From Thermoplasmata archaeon (GTDB lineage: Archaea; Thermoplasmatota; Thermoplasmata; Lutacidiplasmatales; JAMCUS01): DNA of 64,000 nt. The translations under genes and the position numbers were made by a program. Numbering within the stretch: position 1 is the first letter of the stretch; each line of letters begins with the position of its first letter. Under the pieces are notes generated by a model, which was not told the DNA's origin, did no database searches, and saw nothing but the letters and a program-made list of their open reading frames with translations. The stretch lies in contig JBMFVL010000001.1 of NCBI GenBank assembly GCA_049966015.1, positions 6,000 to 69,999 of the forward strand, given 5' to 3'. This document shows, piece after piece, positions 39,604 to 48,862 of the stretch.

Positions 39604-40800
39604 ATGATAGAATGGTTAGCAAAGGAAGGAAAAATTCTTATGGTATCAAAAACCATAAGGGTTTTTGCATATGGTTTTTTTAGCATAGCACTGCCATTTT
39701 ATTTGAAATACCTGAATTATAGTGCTCTTTTTATAGGCGTTGTTATTACATTGGCTATTATTTTTAATGTACTTTATAATTTGGTAGTAAGTAAATATGC
39801 TGATAAATTGGGGAGAAGATTTTTTTTGCAAATTTTTTCTTTGTTTATGGTTGCGTCATCATTCCTTTTTTTGTTGCAAAATGTTTATTCAATCATTTTA
39901 GCTTCCATGCTAGGGATTATTAGCGTAACAGGTACAGAAACAGGGCCGTTCTTAAGCATAGAGCAATCTGCATTGACTAAATTTTCACCCTCTAATAAAA
40001 GAACACTTATGTTTAGCATTTATAATTTCTTGGGGTATGGGGCATCCAGTATAGGGTCACTTTTTGCTGGGATGCCTTTTTACTTTTTTACTACAAAATA
40101 TGCATTTTATTTTATTATTATTACCTATGGAATAGTTGGCTTTGTACTCTTTTTACTTTATTTCTTGGTGGGTAATAAATTAGAATTAGAAAACATTAAA
40201 AAGTCAGATTACCATATAGATGCAGAAACCAAAAAAATAATCTTAATGCTTTCATTGTTATTTTCTATTGATGCACTGGGAGGAGGGTTCATAGTGCAAT
40301 CAATTATAGCGCTGTGGTTAAATGCTAAATTTCATGTTGGCATTGGGCTTGTATCAATAATATTTTTTGTAGGTGGTATCATAACAGCCATCTCTTTTTT
40401 TGCTGCGGAATGGATAGCTAGGAAAATAGGACTTTTGAAAACGATGGTATTAACACATTTGATCTCAAATGTTTTCTTGATATTGGTGGCTTTTTCTAAT
40501 ATACTGGTTCTTGCAGTTGCCTTTTTATTTTTAAGGCAATCTGTATCTCAAATGGATGTGCCCACAAGGCAATCTTATATAATGGCTATTGTAAAACCAG
40601 AGGATAGGACTTCAACTTCATCCATTACAAACGTTTCTAGGGGATTGTCCCAGGGGATGAGCCCGTATTTATCTACATACGCTATTAGCATATCCGCCTT
40701 TTATGCCCCTTTTTTGTTATCAGGAGTTATAAAGATAGTATACGACGTATTAATATACTTAAAATTTAAAGATATAAAACCGCCTGAAGAAAAAACATAG
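39604..40800 (+). CDS. MFS transporter
   Basis: Twelve predicted TM helices with the MFS motif (GRR) between TM2 and TM3. Confidence 0.6.
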   Translation: MIEWLAKEGKILMVSKTIRVFAYGFFSIALPFYLKYLNYSALFIGVVITLAIIFNVLYNLVVSKYADKLGRRFFLQIFSLFMVASSFLFLLQNVYSIILASMLGIISVTGTETGPFLSIEQSALTKFSPSNKRTLMFSIYNFLGYGASSIGSLFAGMPFYFFTTKYAFYFIIITYGIVGFVLFLLYFLVGNKLELENIKKSDYHIDAETKKIILMLSLLFSIDALGGGFIVQSIIALWLNAKFHVGIGLVSIIFFVGGIITAISFFAAEWIARKIGLLKTMVLTHLISNVFLILVAFSNILVLAVAFLFLRQSVSQMDVPTRQSYIMAIVKPEDRTSTSSITNVSRGLSQGMSPYLSTYAISISAFYAPFLLSGVIKIVYDVLIYLKFKDIKPPEEKT

Positions 40801-40869
40801 TTTGTTAGCATTAATAATAATAGGTAATTATACAAAAAATTTTTAGATTAGTGAGCACTTTATATAAAT

Positions 40870-43722
40870 GTGAATAAAAACAAATTGTTAGATGACAGGA
40901 TTGTTTTGTACCTTTCTAATTTCGGAGGTAAAGGAAAGGTTGTAAAGCTTGAGCATTTAGCAGAGGTATTGGCTATACCTCTAATTGACTTAAAAGATTC
41001 TTTGTTTAGGTTGATGGAAAAAGATTTGATTGAAAAGGTTAATTTGAAGGATGTTGTTGCATTGAAGTTGACTAAAAATGGGGAGAAATATTCTAAAAAT
41101 TTAAATGAAGTTGATGTTGTAGAATGGATTTTTAATGCAGGCATTAAAGAGAATTTTGGAACAGAGCAAAAGGGGGAGGAAAAACTATATCTGATAGAAA
41201 ATGTGAATATTGAGAATATTTATAACTTATTTTATAAATTAGTTGATAGGGATGTTCAGGGATTGGTTATTTCCAGGCCAAGCAAGAAGGGATTGATAAA
41301 AAAAAGACCATATGTAAAATATTTCATGCTGACTACATCTCCAGGGGAATTCAACATTGACCCTACTAAGCTTATATCAATAATATCTACCATAACTACA
41401 GCCCTTCCTGAAAATGGTGTTCTTCTTTTTGATGGTATTGAATACCTTATAAGCCAGAATGGTGAAGAAAGCATCATTAAATTTATTCAACATACTATGG
41501 ATTACCTGATTTCCAAAAACATTACTTTGCTTTTGCCTGTGTTGCCCGATGCCATTTCTAAAAGGTCCCTTGCCTTGTTGGAAAGGGAAATGGAGATTAT
41601 AAAAAATGATGAGGATTTAACCTTAATTAAAAAACCAATTTTCAACAAAAAAAATGAGGATGTCCAGGATTTTGTAGATATGGTTTCATATCTGGAAACT
41701 ATTGAAAAGAATTTTAAAAATAAAGGTGAAGTTTTTTACATATGGGGTTTTTCAGGCGTTGGAAAAACTACACTGGTAAAAAAAGCAATATCTTCCTATA
41801 GGCATTTATTGATGTGGGTAGATGTTGGGGATGGTATATCAGAAAAGAGAATTCTGGAAGAATTGTCATACGATTTAACAGTAAATGGTTTTCCAATGCT
41901 AGAAAATTACCTTTCTACCGTTGATGTCGTTGACCCCTTGCATGTAACAGGTATACTTAAGGATATACTGGGTAGTTTAAAGAATGTTGTACTGGTGTTT
42001 GATAATATACATAATGCAGGAAAAGGTTTGATAGATATTGTTGATAATATTGCGAATATTTGCCATAACGATAAAATTGGCACATTATTTGTTATAAGCA
42101 GGGAGAGTAATAGTATGGATAAGCCTTTTTTTAACAAGATCTACTTAAATGGCTTTGACCTTAAAGGTGTTGAGGAGTTTCTATCTTCAAAAGGCATTAA
42201 TGATGTAGAAAGGGCAAAGAGATTATATGAAGCAACCTCTGGAAACCCTTTACTTATTAAATTAGTCTACAATCTAGAATCTATAGATAACGTAAAGATT
42301 ACCGTTTCAGATTATGTTAAGAAAATCATAGAAGAAACAGAGATAGAAAGTAAAGAAATTTTAGGTAGGTTGAGCGTTTATAGATATCCCGTTAGCATAA
42401 GAGCCATTGCATTTTCAGAAGAAGATAAAAGATTGGTTGACAAACTTGTAAAGGGGGGTTTTATACAAGAAAGCAAAAACGGATTGGTTGCCGTCCATGA
42501 TTTAATAAAAGATTATTTTATTAATTATAGTTCTAAAGAAAATTTGAACCGTTGGCATGATTTGGCAATTAAGCACTACCAGTACTTGATTTCGCAATCA
42601 GAGGATGAAAGGGGGTTCGTTTCCTATGAACTTGTATATCATACTCTGCATATAGGAGATTATTCAAATGCAAAAAAAACGATCGTTCAGAATTTTGTAG
42701 CCATTTTAGATGTTGGCCTAGGTAAGGATTTGATGAACCTTCTTAAAGATTTTGTTGATAAAAACAGGGAGGACTTGGAAATACAGCTATTGTATGCACA
42801 CCTTCTTGCAGAAAACCGTTCTTACGATGAATCTTTACAGTTGTACATAGATGTTTTGAATAAATTGCATAAATTACCTAAAACAATGGAGGTACTAATA
42901 AAAATTGGCAATATACATTCTAGAATTGCAGATATATTACTTTACAAAGAGAATATTGAAGATAGCATGAAAAATTATGAACACTGTTTGGATATCGGTT
43001 TTACCCTTTCTAATTATGACCTTCTAGCACATTCCTATATGGGATTGGGGAGTGTATATTTATATGAAAAAAAATATGAAATTTCTTACCAATATTATTC
43101 ACGCCTACTGGAACTTCTAGATAAATTGAAAGATCCTTATTTGGTAATAGATATATATAACAAAGTGGCCACTTTATTTTATCACTGGAATAGATACGAT
43201 GAAGCGATTGAATATTTGATGAAAGGTATAGAAGTTTGTGATAAATACTCGTTGAATTCCCATAAAGCGCAACTGTTTTTCATGCTGGGAAAGATTCAGG
43301 CATATATGAATAGATTGGATTATGCATTGTCTAATTTTTATAGCGCAAGGAAAGTACTTGTTAGGTATTCTAGAGAAAGGGATATTGCGAGGGTGGATTA
43401 TAACATTTCATTATTATTGTATTTGAAGGGAAAGATTATAGATTGTAACAAATTTTTGAATGAAGCAAAAAAAATAAAAAACATGGTTAAAGATGAGAAT
43501 TTTCAGCTTTATAGCTTGTGGATGGAAATGATAATATTAGGCATTAAAAAAGAGGAAAATATGTTGATCGAATACATAAAAAAATACAATAATAAAGAGA
43601 ATGCCTTGTTGATAAGTGCCTTTGAAAATAAAGATTATGGTAATGTTGAGGACAAACTTCACGACCCACTTCTAATGGAAATAAAGGATACTCTTAAATT
43701 TGTTAGTATGTTCCAAAAATAA
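40870..43722 (+). CDS. STAND-class P-loop NTPase: N-terminal wHTH, DUF835-like region, central NB-ARC/NACHT-like ATPase, C-terminal TPR repeats
   Basis: wHTH-like N-terminus. Walker A GFSGVGKTT, Walker B VVLVFDNIH, sensor-like TLFVISRE. More than 400 aa of TPR-like helical repeats at the C-terminus. 950 aa. Confidence 0.6.
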   Translation: MNKNKLLDDRIVLYLSNFGGKGKVVKLEHLAEVLAIPLIDLKDSLFRLMEKDLIEKVNLKDVVALKLTKNGEKYSKNLNEVDVVEWIFNAGIKENFGTEQKGEEKLYLIENVNIENIYNLFYKLVDRDVQGLVISRPSKKGLIKKRPYVKYFMLTTSPGEFNIDPTKLISIISTITTALPENGVLLFDGIEYLISQNGEESIIKFIQHTMDYLISKNITLLLPVLPDAISKRSLALLEREMEIIKNDEDLTLIKKPIFNKKNEDVQDFVDMVSYLETIEKNFKNKGEVFYIWGFSGVGKTTLVKKAISSYRHLLMWVDVGDGISEKRILEELSYDLTVNGFPMLENYLSTVDVVDPLHVTGILKDILGSLKNVVLVFDNIHNAGKGLIDIVDNIANICHNDKIGTLFVISRESNSMDKPFFNKIYLNGFDLKGVEEFLSSKGINDVERAKRLYEATSGNPLLIKLVYNLESIDNVKITVSDYVKKIIEETEIESKEILGRLSVYRYPVSIRAIAFSEEDKRLVDKLVKGGFIQESKNGLVAVHDLIKDYFINYSSKENLNRWHDLAIKHYQYLISQSEDERGFVSYELVYHTLHIGDYSNAKKTIVQNFVAILDVGLGKDLMNLLKDFVDKNREDLEIQLLYAHLLAENRSYDESLQLYIDVLNKLHKLPKTMEVLIKIGNIHSRIADILLYKENIEDSMKNYEHCLDIGFTLSNYDLLAHSYMGLGSVYLYEKKYEISYQYYSRLLELLDKLKDPYLVIDIYNKVATLFYHWNRYDEAIEYLMKGIEVCDKYSLNSHKAQLFFMLGKIQAYMNRLDYALSNFYSARKVLVRYSRERDIARVDYNISLLLYLKGKIIDCNKFLNEAKKIKNMVKDENFQLYSLWMEMIILGIKKEENMLIEYIKKYNNKENALLISAFENKDYGNVEDKLHDPLLMEIKDTLKFVSMFQK

Positions 43723-43749
43723 AAAATAATTCCTTGCCTATCTATAAAC

Positions 43750-44589
43750 ATGAAAAAAATTTTAGTTGTAGGATCAGGCATTATGGGGGCAGGCATTTCA
43801 GAGGTTTGTGCAATAAATGGATATGAAATATATATGTATGATATCCAACAAGCTTTTGTGGATAAAGGAATGGAAAATATAAAGCAAAGCTTAGAAAAAC
43901 TGCACAAAAAAGGGGTTGTTAATGAACAACCAGATGCGATTTTGAGCAGGATAACTCCTACAATTAATTTTAGCAATAACATTAACCCAGATATTATTAT
44001 TGAAGCCGCACCAGAAAACATTTCTATAAAAAAGAAAATTTTTTCAGAAGTATCAAAAACATATTCCAACGTAGAAATACTGGCTTCAACTACTTCTTCT
44101 TTATCTATAACTGAATTGGGATCTGTTACCCCTTTTCCAGACAGGGTAATAGGGCTTCATTTTTTCAATCCTGCTCCGATTATGAAGTTGGTAGAAATCA
44201 TTCCTGGATATATGACATCTAAAAACATTATAGAATCTTCAGAAAAATTCATTAAAACATTAAAGAAGGAGATAAGTTACTCTGCTGATCTTCCTGGTTT
44301 CGTTACATCTCGCATGATTGGGGTTATTGTCAATGAAGCGGCATGGATGTTATATGAATCGGTTTCATCCAAAGAGGAAATAGATAAAGGTATTGTACTT
44401 GGGCTCAACCATCCAATGGGTCCTTTGGCATTGGCAGATATGATAGGAATTGATACAGTATTGAAAATAATAGAGCGTTTATACACTGGCTTTGGAGACC
44501 CTAAATACAGGCCATGCCCTATTCTGTACAATATGGTCTATTCTAATAAGTTGGGCAAAAAAACAGGGGAAGGATTTTATAAATATTGA
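43750..44589 (+). CDS. hbd: 3-hydroxyacyl-CoA (3-hydroxybutyryl-CoA) dehydrogenase
   Basis: N-terminal NAD-binding motif ILVVGSGIMGAGI and 3HCDH C-terminal domain; 279 aa. Confidence 0.8.
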   Translation: MKKILVVGSGIMGAGISEVCAINGYEIYMYDIQQAFVDKGMENIKQSLEKLHKKGVVNEQPDAILSRITPTINFSNNINPDIIIEAAPENISIKKKIFSEVSKTYSNVEILASTTSSLSITELGSVTPFPDRVIGLHFFNPAPIMKLVEIIPGYMTSKNIIESSEKFIKTLKKEISYSADLPGFVTSRMIGVIVNEAAWMLYESVSSKEEIDKGIVLGLNHPMGPLALADMIGIDTVLKIIERLYTGFGDPKYRPCPILYNMVYSNKLGKKTGEGFYKY

Positions 44590-45098
44590 TTTTCTACTAC
44601 CATTTTACCTTTTTCTTTGGGTATGATTTTTAGTTTTCCATTATTATTTTCTTTAATAGCTTTTTCTGGGAATACATCGTGGAGAAATATTGCCAGGGCA
44701 GATATCTCTGAATGTGGTTGGTTGTATATAGCAACATTGTAGTTAGCTTTGAGGTATACTTCAATTGGCACTTTGGTTGCACCTATAACCACTAAAAGGT
44801 TATCCTCTTCTTTTTTAATTTGGTCCTTAACATCCCAGAGAGGTATACCGTACATGGTAAGATGTACAATAACACCTTTCCATGAATTTAATAATGTATG
44901 CCACTTATCCATGCCTTCCACTTGAAATGAACCGCCAAACCGTTCGTTTACACCTTTTATTGTTTTTTCAATACTTTTATCAGGTGGTGAGATGTATATC
45001 CCTCTGGCACCGAGAGCTCTTGCAACCAGTGCAGCATGTGTGGTGACACGCTTATCCCTGTCCATTCTATGACCTATCCTAAGAACATAAATATCCAA
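44577..45098 (-). CDS. tRNA (cytidine56-2'-O)-methyltransferase aTrm56
   Basis: About 170-aa SPOUT protein matching the aTrm56 family (RIGHRMDRDKRVTTHAALVARALGA ... VVIGATKVP). Confidence 0.7.
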   Translation of the reverse strand: MDIYVLRIGHRMDRDKRVTTHAALVARALGARGIYISPPDKSIEKTIKGVNERFGGSFQVEGMDKWHTLLNSWKGVIVHLTMYGIPLWDVKDQIKKEEDNLLVVIGATKVPIEVYLKANYNVAIYNQPHSEISALAIFLHDVFPEKAIKENNNGKLKIIPKEKGKMVVENQYL

Positions 45099-45113
45099 TT
45101 TATCACCGGTTAC

Positions 45114-45632
45114 TCACTTAAATTGTGAACCTTCAATACTTTCCCTTTTACCTATTTTATGTCCTTTAACTTCTAATTTGGTAGAACGCTTTGCAACCGC
45201 CTTTATTACCGAAGGGGATACCCCGACTTCTTTTGATATATCTGTATAAAATTTCCATTCGTTTCCTACTATTTTAAGTATTTTATTTTCTATTTCATTG
45301 AATTTAGAATTGCTTAGTGATGTTACATACATTATATCCACCATTTCAGATATGGGAGCCGTTATGTTTATTTGGAATGCACTATAATATGTCCTATATG
45401 CCTTCTCTGTTTGATTGTTTTGGTTTGTTTGCCATTTTACTTCAACTAGTTTTAATTTGTCTAGCAATGATACCGTAGATATTCCTTCTTCCCCGTATTT
45501 CTCTTTTATTATTGTTTCAGTTAGCCATTCATTGGATAACTCATTGAATAATCGCTTTTTGTTATTGCTATTTATTGTATGTATAATAAGAACCAGTTCA
45601 ACTGGGTCAGTTATAACTTTTATTCTATTCAT
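45114..45632 (-). CDS. Hypothetical protein (172 aa), possibly DNA-binding
   Basis: ORF with a basic C-terminal segment; no firm motif. Confidence 0.3.
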   Translation of the reverse strand: MNRIKVITDPVELVLIIHTINSNNKKRLFNELSNEWLTETIIKEKYGEEGISTVSLLDKLKLVEVKWQTNQNNQTEKAYRTYYSAFQINITAPISEMVDIMYVTSLSNSKFNEIENKILKIVGNEWKFYTDISKEVGVSPSVIKAVAKRSTKLEVKGHKIGKRESIEGSQFK

Positions 45633-45826
45633 TCATTACCGTATGGAGATATTAACTTAAAATTGTTTCTATATATTTTGACCATTCATTTTTAATAATG
45701 AGGTTGTTGAATTGGTTTCTATATGTAATGTATGGGATGTCATGTTGAATAATCAATTGCATATATTTTTGTGAACCTTTGTAAATAATAAACTTTTTAA
45801 GTTAAAACACGATTATGTCTTGGTGT

Positions 45827-45921
45827 GCGGGGGTTCTCGAGCTTGGCCAAAGGGGCAAGGCTTAGGACCTTGTTGCGTAGGCATTCGCCGGTTCAAAAAA
45901 TTGAAAATCCGGCCCCCCGCA
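45827..45921 (+). tRNA. tRNA-Leu (anticodon UAG) with an apparent roughly 10-nt insertion in the T-loop
   Basis: Type II tRNA: acceptor GCGGGGG/CCCCCGC, D-loop AGCTTGGCCAAAG, anticodon stem CAAGG/CCTTG with loop CTTAGGA, long variable arm. T-stem GCCGG/CCGGC encloses a 17-nt loop TTCAAAAAATTGAAAAT. Confidence 0.7.
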
Positions 45922-45986
45922 TTTCATAAAAAAGATTAAAATAAACATAACGGGATAAGCCATTGTATTTTGTAAGGTGTAAATAT

Positions 45987-48623
45987 ATGTCAGAAGATAG
46001 CACAGATTATTCTCCACAAAATGTGGAGCCAAAATGGCAACATTATTGGATTGATAATAAAATTTTTAAGTTTGATATCAGTTCGTCAAAACCTGTTTAT
46101 TCAATAGATAATCCACCTAGGTATACTTCAGGGCCATTGCATATGGGTCATGCTATAGGCTATTCTTTGATAGATATTGTAGCACGGTACAAACGTATGA
46201 GAGGTTATAATGTGTTCTTGCCTTTGTGCTTTGATGGCAATGGTATGCCTATAGAAGTAAAAGTTGAAAAAGAATTTTCAGTTAATAAAAACAATACAGA
46301 TAGGGATACATTGGTAAAGATGTGCTCGGATTATTCAAATTCAAATATAAAAGAGATGAAAGAGCAGTTCATAAAACTGGGAATAATGATGGATGAAAGT
46401 TTATATTACCAAACAGATAGCCCCGAATACAGAAAGTTTACTCAAATTACTTTTTTAAAGTTATATGAAAAAGGCCTAGTTTATAGGAAAGAACATCCTG
46501 TTATATGGTGCCCACATTGCGAAACTTCATTGTCAGCAGCCGATGTTGAGTACCATGATGAATCCAAAGAATTGTATTATGTTAAATTTCTAGGGGATGC
46601 TGAATTAGTTATAGCAACTACACGGCCTGAATTATTATCAACTTGCCAGCTTGTAGCAGTACATCCAGATGATGATAGATATAGAAACATCATTGGTAAA
46701 AAATTGAAAGTTCCTTTATTTGGTAGGGAGGTCCCAATAATAGCGGATGATAAAGTAGACCCTGATTTTGGCACAGGGGCTGTTATGATATGCACCTTCG
46801 GTGATAAAACAGATTTATACTGGGCTTATAAGTATAACTTAATTTTTATAAAAGGCATTGATGAAAAAGGCAAACTTACAGACGTTGCCGGAAAATATTC
46901 TGGATTGTACGTAAATGAAGGCAGAAAAGAAGTTGTCAATGATTTGAAAAAAGAAAATTACATTATTGACCAGAAAGTTATTAACCAAAGCGTAGGTACT
47001 TGTTGGAGGTGCCATACTCCTGTAGAATTTATAAACAAAACCAACTGGTTTTTGAAAACATTAGATTTTAAGCAATCCATAAAAGAGTTTAACGAAAAAA
47101 TAATCTGGCACCCAGACTATATGTCCAAAAGGCTTGAATCTTGGGTAGATTCTTTATTGTGGGATTGGTGTATTTCCAGGCAAAGATATTTTGCAACCCC
47201 TATACCTGTATGGATATGCAATAAATGCGATTTTGTATTGCCAGCCAAAGAAGAGGATTGTTATATAAATCCTTTGAAAAAAGAACCATATATTAAAAAA
47301 TGTCCGGTATGTGGAGGGGATATTGTTGGTTCTGATGAAGTATTTGATACATGGATGGATTCAAGCATAACACCCCTTTACAATACTTACTGGAAAAGGG
47401 ATTATGATCTTTTTAAAAAACTGTATCCAATGAGTCTGAGGCCCCAGAGTCATGATATTATAAGAACATGGGTGTTTTATACATTGCTTAGGAGTATCCA
47501 GATTACAAATGAGGCTCCCTGGAAAGAAATAATGATACACGGTTTTATAATGGCACCTGATGGATCGCCTATGCACGCTTCAGCAGGTAATGCAATAGAC
47601 CCTTTGCCAATAATAAGTGAATATGGTGCAGATGCATGGAGGTATTATACGTCTAAATGCAAATTGGGAGAAGATACTGCGTTTCAAATTAAAGATGTGC
47701 ACCATGGCAGAAAATTTGCTAACAAATATTTCAATATTATGAAATTTATATCACTTATGGTTAATTCTAATGGTTCATCGATTGATGTTGTAAATGAATA
47801 TATCATGCCACTTACAGATCGGTGGATTTTGTCTAGATACAGTGCTGTTTTGGAGGAAGTAACAGATTTCTATGATTCATACCAGTTTGACAAAGCAATA
47901 GCGTCAATAGAAAATTTCACCTGGCACGAGTTTGCTGATTTTTACATCGAAATGGTTAAAAAACGTGCTAAAGCAGGAGATAAAAATGCCCTTTATACGC
48001 TTTACAAAATAGGATTTGGAATAACACAAATGCTTGCACCCATAATGCCACATGTAACTGAAGATGTATTCCAGGAGATATTTAGAAAAGGTTATGCTTT
48101 TGATAGCATAGGGGTTACATTATGGAATGAATATTCATTTTTTGATAAAGAGGCCGTTAAAAAAGGAGAAATTGTTAAAAAGATTGTTTCCTCTGTGAGG
48201 GAGTTTAGTGGGGAAAAAAGAGTCCATAAGTTTAAGAAAATCATTTTGGTAGGGGAGATGGATCAAGAAATCAAGGAGGAAATTTTGGGGTTAAAGCATG
48301 TATTGTTATGTGATAATATAGAAATAAAAAATGCCGTGCAAACACATCAATTGCCTGTCAGTATAAAACTGAAAATGGATATTATAGGTAAGGAATATAG
48401 AAACAATACTATGAAAATTGTTTCATTGGTTTCTTCTAAATCCCTTGATGATTTATACAGTAACTTAAAGCAAAATGGGTATTTAGAACTCAAATTGGAG
48501 AATGATACAATAAGACTCCCTATTGATTATTTCAATATCCAGTTAATGAATTCAATCGACTCCGATAAGGTAGAAAAAGTAGATTCATCTCTTAACGACA
48601 TTTCAATTTATGCATCTTATTGA
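45987..48623 (+). CDS. leuS: Leucyl-tRNA synthetase-like class I aaRS (archaeal LeuRS architecture) with a degenerate KMSKS motif
   Basis: HIGH motif present (PLHMGHAIGY), and archaeal LeuRS-like N-terminus (KRMRGYNVFLPLCFDGNGMPIE). At the KMSKS position the sequence reads DGSPMHASAGNAIDP, followed by the conserved YGADAWRYY. The annotated start was moved downstream of the tRNA-Leu gene. Confidence 0.65.
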   Translation: MSEDSTDYSPQNVEPKWQHYWIDNKIFKFDISSSKPVYSIDNPPRYTSGPLHMGHAIGYSLIDIVARYKRMRGYNVFLPLCFDGNGMPIEVKVEKEFSVNKNNTDRDTLVKMCSDYSNSNIKEMKEQFIKLGIMMDESLYYQTDSPEYRKFTQITFLKLYEKGLVYRKEHPVIWCPHCETSLSAADVEYHDESKELYYVKFLGDAELVIATTRPELLSTCQLVAVHPDDDRYRNIIGKKLKVPLFGREVPIIADDKVDPDFGTGAVMICTFGDKTDLYWAYKYNLIFIKGIDEKGKLTDVAGKYSGLYVNEGRKEVVNDLKKENYIIDQKVINQSVGTCWRCHTPVEFINKTNWFLKTLDFKQSIKEFNEKIIWHPDYMSKRLESWVDSLLWDWCISRQRYFATPIPVWICNKCDFVLPAKEEDCYINPLKKEPYIKKCPVCGGDIVGSDEVFDTWMDSSITPLYNTYWKRDYDLFKKLYPMSLRPQSHDIIRTWVFYTLLRSIQITNEAPWKEIMIHGFIMAPDGSPMHASAGNAIDPLPIISEYGADAWRYYTSKCKLGEDTAFQIKDVHHGRKFANKYFNIMKFISLMVNSNGSSIDVVNEYIMPLTDRWILSRYSAVLEEVTDFYDSYQFDKAIASIENFTWHEFADFYIEMVKKRAKAGDKNALYTLYKIGFGITQMLAPIMPHVTEDVFQEIFRKGYAFDSIGVTLWNEYSFFDKEAVKKGEIVKKIVSSVREFSGEKRVHKFKKIILVGEMDQEIKEEILGLKHVLLCDNIEIKNAVQTHQLPVSIKLKMDIIGKEYRNNTMKIVSLVSSKSLDDLYSNLKQNGYLELKLENDTIRLPIDYFNIQLMNSIDSDKVEKVDSSLNDISIYASY

Positions 48624-48633
48624 GGCATGTAAC

Positions 48634-48822
48634 ATGGCAACTTTGGATGAGTTTGATTACAATAATACAAGGATTAACAAAAAAAATGATAATAACAAAA
48701 GCTATGATTCTATGGTTACAGAAAATATCTTGAGGTCAATTCAATGGGCAGAAAGGATTAACAAATTAGGTGTAATAAAGCAAAATGAGTCTATCAAAAA
48801 CCTGATAGAAAAAATGAAATAG
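48634..48822 (+). CDS. Small hypothetical protein (about 62 aa)
   Basis: Short ORF upstream of the pilin-like gene; weak. Confidence 0.2.
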   Translation: MATLDEFDYNNTRINKKNDNNKSYDSMVTENILRSIQWAERINKLGVIKQNESIKNLIEKMK

Positions 48823-48862
48823 AAAAGAATTAATAGAATGATTATAATAATTATATATATAG

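Noticed and set aside
45987-48623. Alternative call of the class I synthetase as IleRS or ValRS
   Set aside because: The 886-aa length is below the typical IleRS size and the N-terminal block resembles archaeal LeuRS. A tRNA-Leu gene is adjacent. Retained as LeuRS-like with reservations.
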